A model generated the notes under the pieces. That model was not told the origin of the DNA. It did no database searches and saw nothing but the letters and a program-made list of their open reading frames with translations. DNA of 64,000 bases. Origin: Candidatus Butyricicoccus avistercoris (GTDB lineage: Bacteria; Bacillota; Clostridia; Oscillospirales; Butyricicoccaceae). Positions 7,692 through 14,659 of this stretch are shown piece by piece. The translations under genes were made by a program, and so were the position numbers. Where the stretch lies: contig DXIE01000026.1 in the NCBI GenBank assembly GCA_019113005.1, positions 15,760 through 79,759 of the forward strand, read 5' to 3'. Position 1 is the first letter of the stretch. Every line of letters starts with the position of its first letter.

Positions 7692-8503
7692 ATCTCTTGC
7701 ACACCCTTTCTTTTTTGTGTACCTGCCGATTTTACAGGCTGTTTTTCATCTGAATAATCTCTTTTCAGCCAATTCAGCAGTGTTGCATAATGGCTGTTAT
7801 ATTTCTTTTTGGGATTGTTCTCCAAGTAGATTGATAAATTCTCAATTTCGCTTTCTACCTGTTCAGTTCCCCAGCGTTTGTTGAGCTTATCAAGCTCCGC
7901 TTGAGTTAGCTGAACATTTTGAAATTCTCCAAAAGTCAATTTATTTTTTTCTTGAGAGAGTGTAACGACGTTAGTCGTTTTTTCCCCCTCTCTCTTATAT
8001 TTTAACTCTTTACTCTTAACTCTTAACTCTTGTCGGACATTGTCTGACGGAATGTCTTGTTCAGTGTCTTGGACAATCATTTGGACATTGTCTTGTGGAA
8101 TGTCTAAAGCTAATTGTTTTTTCTTTTGTCTGTATTTAGCTTTATCAATCGCATATTGTGTTGTGTAACCAACCATGCTTGGCACTTCTGGCAATCGCAT
8201 GAAGTTACAGTTTTCATCAGCCTCATAAACTAAACCGATTTTCTTGTATAGTTCTAAAGCTACACGCACAACATCAACATTCATTTTTGTAATTTCAGCT
8301 ATCTTGTTCACGTCATAAGGAATAATCATGTCACCGATTTGACGTGTCAAAATGCCATTGTTATTAGCTGTTTTAAGGCATAGCTTTAGGTATAAAACTA
8401 CATAAGCATAGCCGTTATTTTGTTCTGCCAACCAGTCAATTCTTTCATCTTCAAAGAAATTTACATTCAGCTGTAAATACCAATATTTTTTATTTTCTGC
8501 CAT
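7688..8503 (-). CDS. Phage replisome organiser / replication initiator (lambda O analogue)
   Basis: N-terminal KKYWYLQLNVNFFEDERID...YLKLCL typical of Phage_rep_org_N; C-terminal KYNSHYATLLNWLKRD; upstream of the helicase. Confidence 0.85.
   Translation of the reverse strand: MAENKKYWYLQLNVNFFEDERIDWLAEQNNGYAYVVLYLKLCLKTANNNGILTRQIGDMIIPYDVNKIAEITKMNVDVVRVALELYKKIGLVYEADENCNFMRLPEVPSMVGYTTQYAIDKAKYRQKKKQLALDIPQDNVQMIVQDTEQDIPSDNVRQELRVKSKELKYKREGEKTTNVVTLSQEKNKLTFGEFQNVQLTQAELDKLNKRWGTEQVESEIENLSIYLENNPKKKYNSHYATLLNWLKRDYSDEKQPVKSAGTQKRKGVQEI
8035..8105. repeat. Iteron-like repeats within the initiator gene (probable ori)
   Basis: GGACATTGTCTGACGGAATGTCT (8035-8057) and GGACATTGTCTTGTGGAATGTCT (8083-8105), 20/23 identical; adjacent TTAACTC tandem run at ~8002-8030. 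Confidence 0.65.
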
Positions 8504-8580
8504 GATTTCACCTCTTTTGGGTATGCTACCGCCAGTCTAGGGTAAAAATCCCTAAGCTGTGCATAATTCTGTGTATTTTG

Positions 8581-8609
8581 TTGACAATTTGCTTTTTAAG
8601 TGATAAAAT
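8581..8609 (+). promoter_or_regulatory. Consensus sigma-A promoter, antisense to the early operon
   Basis: TTGACA (8581-8586), 17 bp, TAAAAT (8604-8609), with extended -10 TG at 8601-8602. Confidence 0.8.
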
Positions 8610-8615
8610 AAGTTT

Positions 8616-8714
8616 AGATTTTATAAACAAAACCTCAAAAAATATTTATAAAAATCTAACCTTTTTACTTATCGTCTGACTGTTTAAACCTCACACAGTC
8701 GGGCGATTTTTTTT
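8616..8714 (+). ncRNA. Candidate ~100-nt antisense sRNA (OOP-like)
   Basis: Bounded by the promoter above and a 13-bp hairpin (8671-8683 / 8695-8707) plus T-run; no sense ORF; overlaps the 3' end of the cII-like gene; start site estimated. Confidence 0.55.
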
Positions 8715-9160
8715 GTTTTTTTTACGAAGAAATTCAAAGCCATAGCAGCCTCCATAATTTCCTCAAGCTCGTCCATGATGTTTTGATAATCTTCTAGCTC
8801 ATCAGAACTAACCAAGCCATCTTCTGCTATTTCAAGCAAAGTATCATCTTGATTATTCTTATCAAACTTATCAAGCAGCCTAACAAGTCGCATTGCAGCC
8901 TGTTCCATGCTGTACGGAACAACTTCTGGTAAAAGGTCGCATAATGGACTTGACATTAGATGCTGATATCCCAAATAAGGATATTGGTATACATCAATCA
9001 TGTTTGCAACAATGTCATCAGCTGGTCTACGTTTACCCGTTTCATAAGCTCGAATACTTTCAACGCTAATATGTAGTTGTTCGGCTACTGACTCTTGAGT
9101 AAAAACCGTTTTTTCACGAGCTGATTTATAAATATTTATGTTGATATTCATACTGGTCAA
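8684..9160 (-). CDS. XRE HTH protein with CII-like C-terminal helical domain
   Basis: N-terminal HTH (TQESVAEQLHISVESIRAYETG); C-terminal IAEDGLVSSDELEDY...ELEEI pattern; sits between xis-like and initiator genes. Confidence 0.7.
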   Translation of the reverse strand: MTSMNININIYKSAREKTVFTQESVAEQLHISVESIRAYETGKRRPADDIVANMIDVYQYPYLGYQHLMSSPLCDLLPEVVPYSMEQAAMRLVRLLDKFDKNNQDDTLLEIAEDGLVSSDELEDYQNIMDELEEIMEAAMALNFFVKKTKKIARLCEV

Positions 9161-9164
9161 CCCC

Positions 9165-9437
9165 TTATTTTTGCTTTATATTAGACTTAGGTTCAATATA
9201 AAGCGTTTTTATTTCTGTTTCTTCAATCCCTAAAGACTTTAAAAAAGGTATTCTAGGGATTTTTACTCTAGTCCCCCAAAGCAGAGTTGGAAAACCCAGA
9301 GTATCTGGAGCATAGCGAGCCTTAAAGCGTATTGCCTGAGGGTCACAACAAAGGACTTTTGCAACCTCAGCAGGAGTGAAGTAATCTCTGTTAATTGCTA
9401 AAAGCTCTTTCATGTTATCGCTCATGTTATTTCTCAC
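9165..9437 (-). CDS. Excisionase-like HTH DNA-binding protein
   Basis: YFTPAEVAKVLCCDPQAIR...LGFP...GTRVKIPRIPF winged-helix pattern; follows cro. Confidence 0.6.
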   Translation of the reverse strand: MRNNMSDNMKELLAINRDYFTPAEVAKVLCCDPQAIRFKARYAPDTLGFPTLLWGTRVKIPRIPFLKSLGIEETEIKTLYIEPKSNIKQK

Positions 9438-9445
9438 CCTTCGTT

Positions 9446-9655
9446 TTAAACTTTGCTAATAGTGAAATTTTTAGGTGTGAAAAGCTCTGAAATATCACAG
9501 TTAAGTATTTCTGCTATTTTCTTTGCACATTCACATGGTATACTTCTGTTACCATTTTCATACTGACAATAGGTAGATATTGCGATATTCAATTCATTAG
9601 CAATATCTTTTTGTGTTATTTTTGCTGTTTTTCTTTTTTCCTCTAATATATTCAT
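9446..9655 (-). CDS. cro: Cro-like XRE regulator
   Basis: 69-aa HTH (TQKDIANELNIAISTYCQYENG), divergent from the repressor. Confidence 0.8.
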   Translation of the reverse strand: MNILEEKRKTAKITQKDIANELNIAISTYCQYENGNRSIPCECAKKIAEILNCDISELFTPKNFTISKV

Positions 9656-9668
9656 ATCATCACCTCAC

Positions 9669-9723
9669 TTTCACTTTTAGAGAAGTATATTTGTATTATA
9701 ATTTCACATTTAGAGAATGTCAA
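9669..9723 (-). promoter_or_regulatory. Lytic promoter P_R with two operator-like repeats
   Basis: Minus strand TTGACA (9723-9718), 17 bp, TATAAT (9700-9695); repeats TTTCACTTTTAGAGAA (9669-9684) and TTTCACATTTAGAGAA (9702-9717, filling the spacer). Confidence 0.8.
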
Positions 9724-9814
9724 TAATAAAATTTGCAATTTGCAAAAAAACATTCACAATAAATAAAATAAATGTTATCATTTTTACATAATGAGAAGTA
9801 GAGGCATACGCAAT

Positions 9815-10174
9815 ATGAACATTGGTCAACGCATAAAAAAACTCAGAGAAGATGAGCATTTATCTCAACTCGAACTTGCAAAAATAATAAATGTTTGCAA
9901 TACAACTGTATCTCAATATGAAAATGGTTCACGAACACCAAGCGATGATATAAAAATCAAACTTGCAAATTATTTTAATGTATCTACTGATTATTTACTC
10001 GGACTATCTGACAATGAAAAAGAGCCCACTCAAGAGGAATGGGACTCCTTGACCGATACTCAAAAACAAATTATTGAGTTAATGGGTAAATTATCACCTG
10101 AGCAACAGGACGAACTTGTTCGTCAAGCTCGGTATCAGCTTTGGCTATTACTTCAAAAAGACGCTGAGCAATAA
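9815..10174 (+). CDS. CI-like repressor (XRE HTH; no peptidase domain visible)
   Basis: MNIGQRIKKLREDEHLSQLELAKIINVCNTTVSQYENG...VSTDYLLG; start moved to ATG 9815. Confidence 0.85.
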   Translation: MNIGQRIKKLREDEHLSQLELAKIINVCNTTVSQYENGSRTPSDDIKIKLANYFNVSTDYLLGLSDNEKEPTQEEWDSLTDTQKQIIELMGKLSPEQQDELVRQARYQLWLLLQKDAEQ

Positions 10175-10335
10175 AAGCATTATAGTCTTTTTGTTGTAAT
10201 GTGTAATTTGACATTGTTAGTAGACTAAACATTTCTTTTTGTTCTTTAGTCATCGGTATGCACCGTCCTTTTTGGTTATTTACCAAAATTTTCACATAAA
10301 AGAAAATATAACAAAACAACTGAAAAAATAAAAAT

Positions 10336-10352
10336 GTGTTCAAATTGAACAC
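10336..10352. repeat. Palindrome copy 3
   Basis: GTGTTCAAATTGAACAC, 23 nt before the start of lipoprotein 1. Confidence 0.95.
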
Positions 10353-10375
10353 ATTTCTTTTTAGGGGGAATTTTT

Positions 10376-10999
10376 TTGAAGAAATTATTGTTAGTTTTAG
10401 CATTAACTTGCGTTATTCTTTCTGGTTGTGGTAGTAACAATACTCAAACCGACACTACAAAAAGTGCCACAAATAGCAGTCAAAATAGCTCAACATCAGA
10501 AGTATCATCAGAAAATAATTCGGAAATTGAAAATTCACAGCCTGTTGTGCCTACTTTTGGCAAAACAGCTCAATCATTTATTGATGTAATGCGTCCTTAT
10601 GCTCAAGAACAAGACGCAAATTTATTTACTCAAGAACCTAAAGTTTCTGAAATGGAAGCTGGTGAATATTTACCAGAAGTTACTGTTTATGATTATGCGG
10701 TTGGAAATGCAGGTAGCTTAATTTTATATGAAGTAAAATCTACTGGTGAATTTTATCAGGCTTTATTAGCTTTTGATATATCAAAAGAAGATGAAACATC
10801 AATTTTATCTTTAGGTAGAGTAAGCGGTTTGATGATGGCAATGTTAGAACCAGATGAAAATACTAGAATGATTATAGATGAAGATTTAAAAACTTCTAAT
10901 ATTTCTGAAGATGCTACTACTTATGCTACTGGTACAATTGCATCATGGGTATATAATGTTAATTCAGGTCAAACATATTTAACAGCAATAGCATCATAA
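10376..10999 (+). CDS. Prophage lipoprotein 1 (unknown function)
   Basis: Signal peptide with lipobox LSGC, Ser/Thr/Asn-rich linker, TTG start after GGGGG RBS. Confidence 0.85.
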   Translation: MKKLLLVLALTCVILSGCGSNNTQTDTTKSATNSSQNSSTSEVSSENNSEIENSQPVVPTFGKTAQSFIDVMRPYAQEQDANLFTQEPKVSEMEAGEYLPEVTVYDYAVGNAGSLILYEVKSTGEFYQALLAFDISKEDETSILSLGRVSGLMMAMLEPDENTRMIIDEDLKTSNISEDATTYATGTIASWVYNVNSGQTYLTAIAS

Positions 11000-11007
11000 A
11001 TAAAAAT

Positions 11008-11024
11008 GTGTTCAAATTGAACAC
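11008..11024. repeat. Palindrome copy 4
   Basis: GTGTTCAAATTGAACAC, 8 nt after the lipoprotein 1 stop and 23 nt before lipoprotein 2. Confidence 0.95.
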
Positions 11025-11047
11025 TTTTCTTTTAAGGGGGAATATTC

Positions 11048-11791
11048 TTGAAAAAATTATTGTTAATTTTCGCATTAACCTGTGTTATTCTTTCTGGTTG
11101 TAGTAGTAACAGTCAGCAAACAGATAACTCTAAATCTTCTGTACAAAGTACAAGTAGCGGTCAAAGCAGTGAAACATCAAAGGAAGAAACTCAAAAAGAA
11201 GATTTATCTAAAGAATTGGAAAATATTAAAGTAACAGCATCTCTAGATGAAATGATGGGATATGAAAAAGTTACAATAGAAAATACCAGTTCTTATGTAT
11301 TTACAAGCAGTGTTCATGTAAGGTTTTATAATTCTAATAACAAAATGGTTGGCAATGATACAATTTTTGTAGAGTCTTTAGCTCCTGGTGACTATACTTG
11401 GGCTAATATATCTGTGTCAGAACTTGGAGAATTATCTTTTAAATATGATTTCTCTATGAATTATGAATTTACTGAACCTCAATCTGTAAGTAACAATCAA
11501 ACTGTTAATGATGATTGGTCTGCTGAAATGACAGAGAAAATGTCTGGCTTTCAAAATACATCTTGGTATCCATTTATAGAAGAAATAAATGTATATAATG
11601 GTGATGGAGAACGTGATGCACTGGTTATTGCTATTGTTTCCAGCAATACTTCACAGGAAGATATTGACCGAATAGGTAACACTATCTTTGGAAATTTTGC
11701 TTTTGGTACAGGAGCAGACCGTAGTTTTGATGTTATTTCTGTATCAGTACAAAATAGCAATGGTGATGAGTTATTTCTTCGTACAAAATAA
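11048..11791 (+). CDS. Prophage lipoprotein 2 (FxLYD-like Ig-type domain)
   Basis: Lipobox LSGC; VTIENTS...VRFYNSNNKMVG...VESLAPGD resembles FxLYD domains. Confidence 0.8.
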   Translation: MKKLLLIFALTCVILSGCSSNSQQTDNSKSSVQSTSSGQSSETSKEETQKEDLSKELENIKVTASLDEMMGYEKVTIENTSSYVFTSSVHVRFYNSNNKMVGNDTIFVESLAPGDYTWANISVSELGELSFKYDFSMNYEFTEPQSVSNNQTVNDDWSAEMTEKMSGFQNTSWYPFIEEINVYNGDGERDALVIAIVSSNTSQEDIDRIGNTIFGNFAFGTGADRSFDVISVSVQNSNGDELFLRTK

Positions 11792-11815
11792 TTTATAATA
11801 CACAGTAAATAAAAA

Positions 11816-11832
11816 GTGTTCAATTTGAACAC
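11816..11832. repeat. Palindrome copy 5 (central base T)
   Basis: GTGTTCAATTTGAACAC, 22 nt before lipoprotein 3. Confidence 0.95.
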
Positions 11833-11854
11833 TTTTCTTTTAAGGGGGAATTTT

Positions 11855-12730
11855 ATGAAAAAGCTACTATTAGGGTTAATTCTTTCTAGCCTACTTCTTA
11901 CTGGGTGCAATCAAAATAACGAAAATGCATCTAGCTCACAAGATAATAATTCTTCTGTGGAACAAACATTAGAAGTAACAGATAAAGAAATGACATTAAC
12001 CTTAAACTTCTGGAACAGTGATGATAGACTTAATTATTCAAGTTTAGAAAAAACAGGTATATATACTGGTGAAGTTGATGAAAACGGATTGCCTTCTGGA
12101 CATGGACGTTTTGATACAGAAAACAGCGAAGGGCTTCCTTGGTATTATGACGGAGAATTTTCTAACGGCTCATTTAATGGTATTGGTAAATGTGTATGGG
12201 AAAAACAAGAAGGTGTAAGAGAGAACGACTATATTGAATATGGTAATTATAAAGATGGCTTATTTGTTCCAACAAAAAGCCAGTTGTTAATGCATTTAGG
12301 ACAACCAGATATGAACTTTGGTGAATTTAGTGTTAGCGATAAAAGCATTGCTTTCATTGATTCACACGAAAACCTTTTCCCTACTTATACCGAATCTGAT
12401 TTGCAAGAATTAGAATCTTACGTAGACCGTACAATAGAATATAAACATTTAATGAAAGCACCAGACAAATATTTAGAAAATATTATAGAAATAAAAGATG
12501 CTATAATATATCAGATTTTTGAAAATGATTTATGTGGACATACAGTAACATCTATTCTAGCTGGTAATTTAAATGGAGATTATTACACCATATATTTTGA
12601 CCGTTCATTAGAACTTTATCAGGGTGACAGCATTTCTTTCTTAGGACTTCCAATAGCTTCATCTTGGTTTGAAAATGTTTCTGGTGGTGTAACTAATAAC
12701 TTTGTAGTGTATGGTTGTAGTATATTTTAA
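11855..12730 (+). CDS. Prophage lipoprotein 3 (MORN-like repeats plus OB-fold-like C-terminus)
   Basis: Start corrected to ATG 11855 (RBS GGGGG); lipobox LTGC; YTGEVDENGLPSGHGRF / YDGEFSNGSFNGIGK MORN-like repeats; YKHLMKAPDKY C-terminal pattern. Confidence 0.8.
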   Translation: MKKLLLGLILSSLLLTGCNQNNENASSSQDNNSSVEQTLEVTDKEMTLTLNFWNSDDRLNYSSLEKTGIYTGEVDENGLPSGHGRFDTENSEGLPWYYDGEFSNGSFNGIGKCVWEKQEGVRENDYIEYGNYKDGLFVPTKSQLLMHLGQPDMNFGEFSVSDKSIAFIDSHENLFPTYTESDLQELESYVDRTIEYKHLMKAPDKYLENIIEIKDAIIYQIFENDLCGHTVTSILAGNLNGDYYTIYFDRSLELYQGDSISFLGLPIASSWFENVSGGVTNNFVVYGCSIF

Positions 12731-12732
12731 AA

Positions 12733-12749
12733 GTGTTCAAATTGAACAC
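12733..12749. repeat. Palindrome copy 6
   Basis: GTGTTCAAATTGAACAC, 2 nt after the lipoprotein 3 stop. Confidence 0.95.
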
Positions 12750-12750
12750 A

Positions 12751-12785
12751 AAAAATTTCCCGTCCTTATATGGGCGGGATTTTTT
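12751..12785 (+). terminator. Intrinsic terminator between the lipoprotein array and the integrase
   Basis: TCCCGTCC / GGGCGGGA hairpin followed by a T-run. Confidence 0.75.
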
Positions 12786-12802
12786 ATAAGAGGTGAAAAT
12801 TT

Positions 12803-13993
12803 ATGATATGTATAAATAAGCGATGCGGTAAAGAGATACCAAACGAGTCAAAATTTTGTATGTATTGCGGAAAAAATCAAAAAGAAAAAGCCCGCACTAA
12901 AAGAGCGAATGGTGAAGGCTCAATATATCAAATGCCAGATAAGCGTTGGAAAGCTGAAATAGTGCTAGGCTATGAAATTGATGGATATAGTGGAAAACTT
13001 AGAAAAGTACGCAGAACAAAAATAGCAGATACAAAATCCGAGCTTGTAGAACTAATGCCTGATTGGAGAAAACAATGCATACAAGAATATAAAGCACTTA
13101 TAAAAGCAATAGAGCCAACTCCACAACCTGAACTGGAACAGGCAAAAAACACTACCACTACCCTATCTGATTGTTGGAAAATATATTGTGACTCTCGTGC
13201 ATACGATGGACTAAGTAAATCACAAAAACAAAAACTTGGGTATGCATGGAATAAGTCTGAAGCACTGCATGATAAACCAATAAAAGAAATAACACTTGAT
13301 GATATGCAAGAAATAGTAGATACAAAAGCACCGACATATTATCCAGCAAAGGATATAAGAACAGTGCTATCACATTGTATGAATGTAGCTATTAAACGAG
13401 ATTTAATAAACTTTAATCGTACCGAATATTTAGAACTTCCATCATTAAAAGCCTCAGAACGACAGCCATTTACAAATGATGATATAGAAACATTCTGGAA
13501 TGCATGGGAAAAATATGGCGGTTTTGTTGGCTATATCTTAGTTATGATATATGCAGGACTTCGACCTGGTGAACTAAGAGGACTGCAAATAGAGAATATA
13601 AATCTTAAAGAGCAGTATATGACAGGCGGTATTAAGACTGATGCAGGACGTAATAGAACTATACCAATAGCAGATAGAATAGTCCCAGTATTAGCAAAAC
13701 TTATATCTGAACGAACATCAGGAAAACTTGTAACAATGAGTGAAGATAGATTTTATGCAAGTTATTGGGATACCATAGAACGCTTACAAGTTACACGCTT
13801 GCAGCCTTACTCGTGTAGACACACATATTTTACACGACTAGCAGAAGCAGATGTGCAACCTGGAGTAATAACAGCAGCAGGTGGACATGAGTCATACTCA
13901 ACTACAATGACCTACACCCATGTAAGATTAGAAAAACTACTTGATGCAGTAAATAAAATAGACCCTAAAAACGGCAAGAGCCAGAGCAATTGA
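12803..13993 (+). CDS. int: Tyrosine integrase with N-terminal zinc ribbon
   Basis: CINKRC...FCMYCG, RANGEGSIYQ arm-binding motif, catalytic GLRPGE, YSCRHT, GGH, TTMTY. Confidence 0.95.
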   Translation: MICINKRCGKEIPNESKFCMYCGKNQKEKARTKRANGEGSIYQMPDKRWKAEIVLGYEIDGYSGKLRKVRRTKIADTKSELVELMPDWRKQCIQEYKALIKAIEPTPQPELEQAKNTTTTLSDCWKIYCDSRAYDGLSKSQKQKLGYAWNKSEALHDKPIKEITLDDMQEIVDTKAPTYYPAKDIRTVLSHCMNVAIKRDLINFNRTEYLELPSLKASERQPFTNDDIETFWNAWEKYGGFVGYILVMIYAGLRPGELRGLQIENINLKEQYMTGGIKTDAGRNRTIPIADRIVPVLAKLISERTSGKLVTMSEDRFYASYWDTIERLQVTRLQPYSCRHTYFTRLAEADVQPGVITAAGGHESYSTTMTYTHVRLEKLLDAVNKIDPKNGKSQSN

Positions 13994-14005
13994 GCTCTGG
14001 CTTTT
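13976..14005 (+). terminator. Integrase terminator
   Basis: AGCCAGAGC / GCTCTGGCT stem followed by TTT. Confidence 0.75.
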
Positions 14006-14143
14006 ATATTGGGAAATAATAGGGGGACAGTTCGTGGCGTGCATTAGAGTAGAGATGATAATACTTATTCAAAAATCAATAATTTGAATGATTTACCGCC
14101 ACTAACATAAGTATACATTAGGCTTATACATAAATCAATATAA

Positions 14144-14175
14144 AAGTGGGAATTAAGTGGGAATAAAAATGGAAT
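14144..14175. repeat. Arm-type integrase binding site candidates
   Basis: AAGTGGGAAT at 14144-14153 and 14155-14164, plus degenerate AATGGAAT, between int and the tRNA. Confidence 0.55.
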
Positions 14176-14314
14176 GAAAGAGGAACGAAAACAAACCACT
14201 TATACTTTTAACTGCTATTAAACCATAATAAGCATTAAATATAAGGATTTACACCCCATCTGTACCCCATGCTAAAATAGGCTAAAAAGTTGTATAAAAC
14301 AGACTAAAAGCAAT

Positions 14315-14346
14315 AAAAAAACGCTGTAACTAAGTGTTACAGCGTT
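14315..14346 (-). terminator. Terminator immediately downstream of tRNA-Ser(GCT)
   Basis: Perfect 11-bp stem AACGCTGTAAC / GTTACAGCGTT with a T-run on the minus strand. Confidence 0.75.
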
Positions 14347-14349
14347 ATA

Positions 14350-14439
14350 TGGCGGAGAAAGAGGGATTTGAACCCTCGCGACACTTTCGCGCCCTACTCC
14401 CTTAGCAGGGGAGCCCCTTCACCACTTGGGTATTTCTCC
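14350..14439 (-). tRNA. tRNA-Ser(GCT); probable prophage integration target
   Basis: GGAGAAATACCCAAGTGG...CTGCTAA anticodon loop, long variable arm, GGTTCAAATCC T-arm, encoded CCA. Confidence 0.95.
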
Positions 14440-14445
14440 AGCTTG

Positions 14446-14534
14446 TGGCGGAGAGGGTGGGATTCGAACCCACGCGCCCTCTCGGACAAACGGTTTTCAA
14501 GACCGCCTCGTTATGACCACTTCGATACCTCTCC
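14446..14534 (-). tRNA. tRNA-Ser(TGA)
   Basis: GGAGAGGTATCGAAGTGG...CTTGAAA anticodon loop, GGTTCGAATCC, encoded CCA. Confidence 0.95.
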
Positions 14535-14559
14535 GAATCTCCGTCTGACAAGCAAATAT

Positions 14560-14588
14560 ATTTTAACAAATAGATAGGTATATGTCAA
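14560..14588 (-). promoter_or_regulatory. sigma-A promoter of the tRNA-Ser pair
   Basis: TTGACA, 17 bp, TAAAAT on the minus strand. Confidence 0.75.
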
Positions 14589-14659
14589 TAACTTTTTTAA
14601 TATTTTGGAAAGTTTTTTTTTACAAATAAAAAAGGATCAAAGCTTAAAAGTTTTGAGCT

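Larger units (their letters stand above)
1..14350. mobile_element. Integrated temperate prophage (integrase-proximal arm through cos/terminase; continues beyond the left edge of the window)
   Basis: Tyrosine integrase next to the 3' end of tRNA-Ser, cI/cro switch, replication genes, HNH and small terminase in canonical siphophage module order; housekeeping genes resume beyond the tRNAs. Confidence 0.95.

Noticed and set aside
8532-8636. Small minus-strand ORF (MFIKSKLILSLKKQIVNKIHRIMHSLGIFTLDWR) as a type I toxin paired with the antisense RNA
   Set aside because: Poor RBS spacing and no clear hydrophobic helix; kept only as a minor alternative.
10336-12749. Palindromic repeats as a CRISPR array or classical integron attC sites
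   Set aside because: The intervals are whole genes of 0.6-0.9 kb; the sites lack the attC R''-L''-L'-R' structure; the integrase looks like a phage arm-binding type rather than IntI.
1-14350. Diversity-generating retroelement or invertase-based switching
   Set aside because: No reverse transcriptase, TR/VR pair or serine invertase in this arm.
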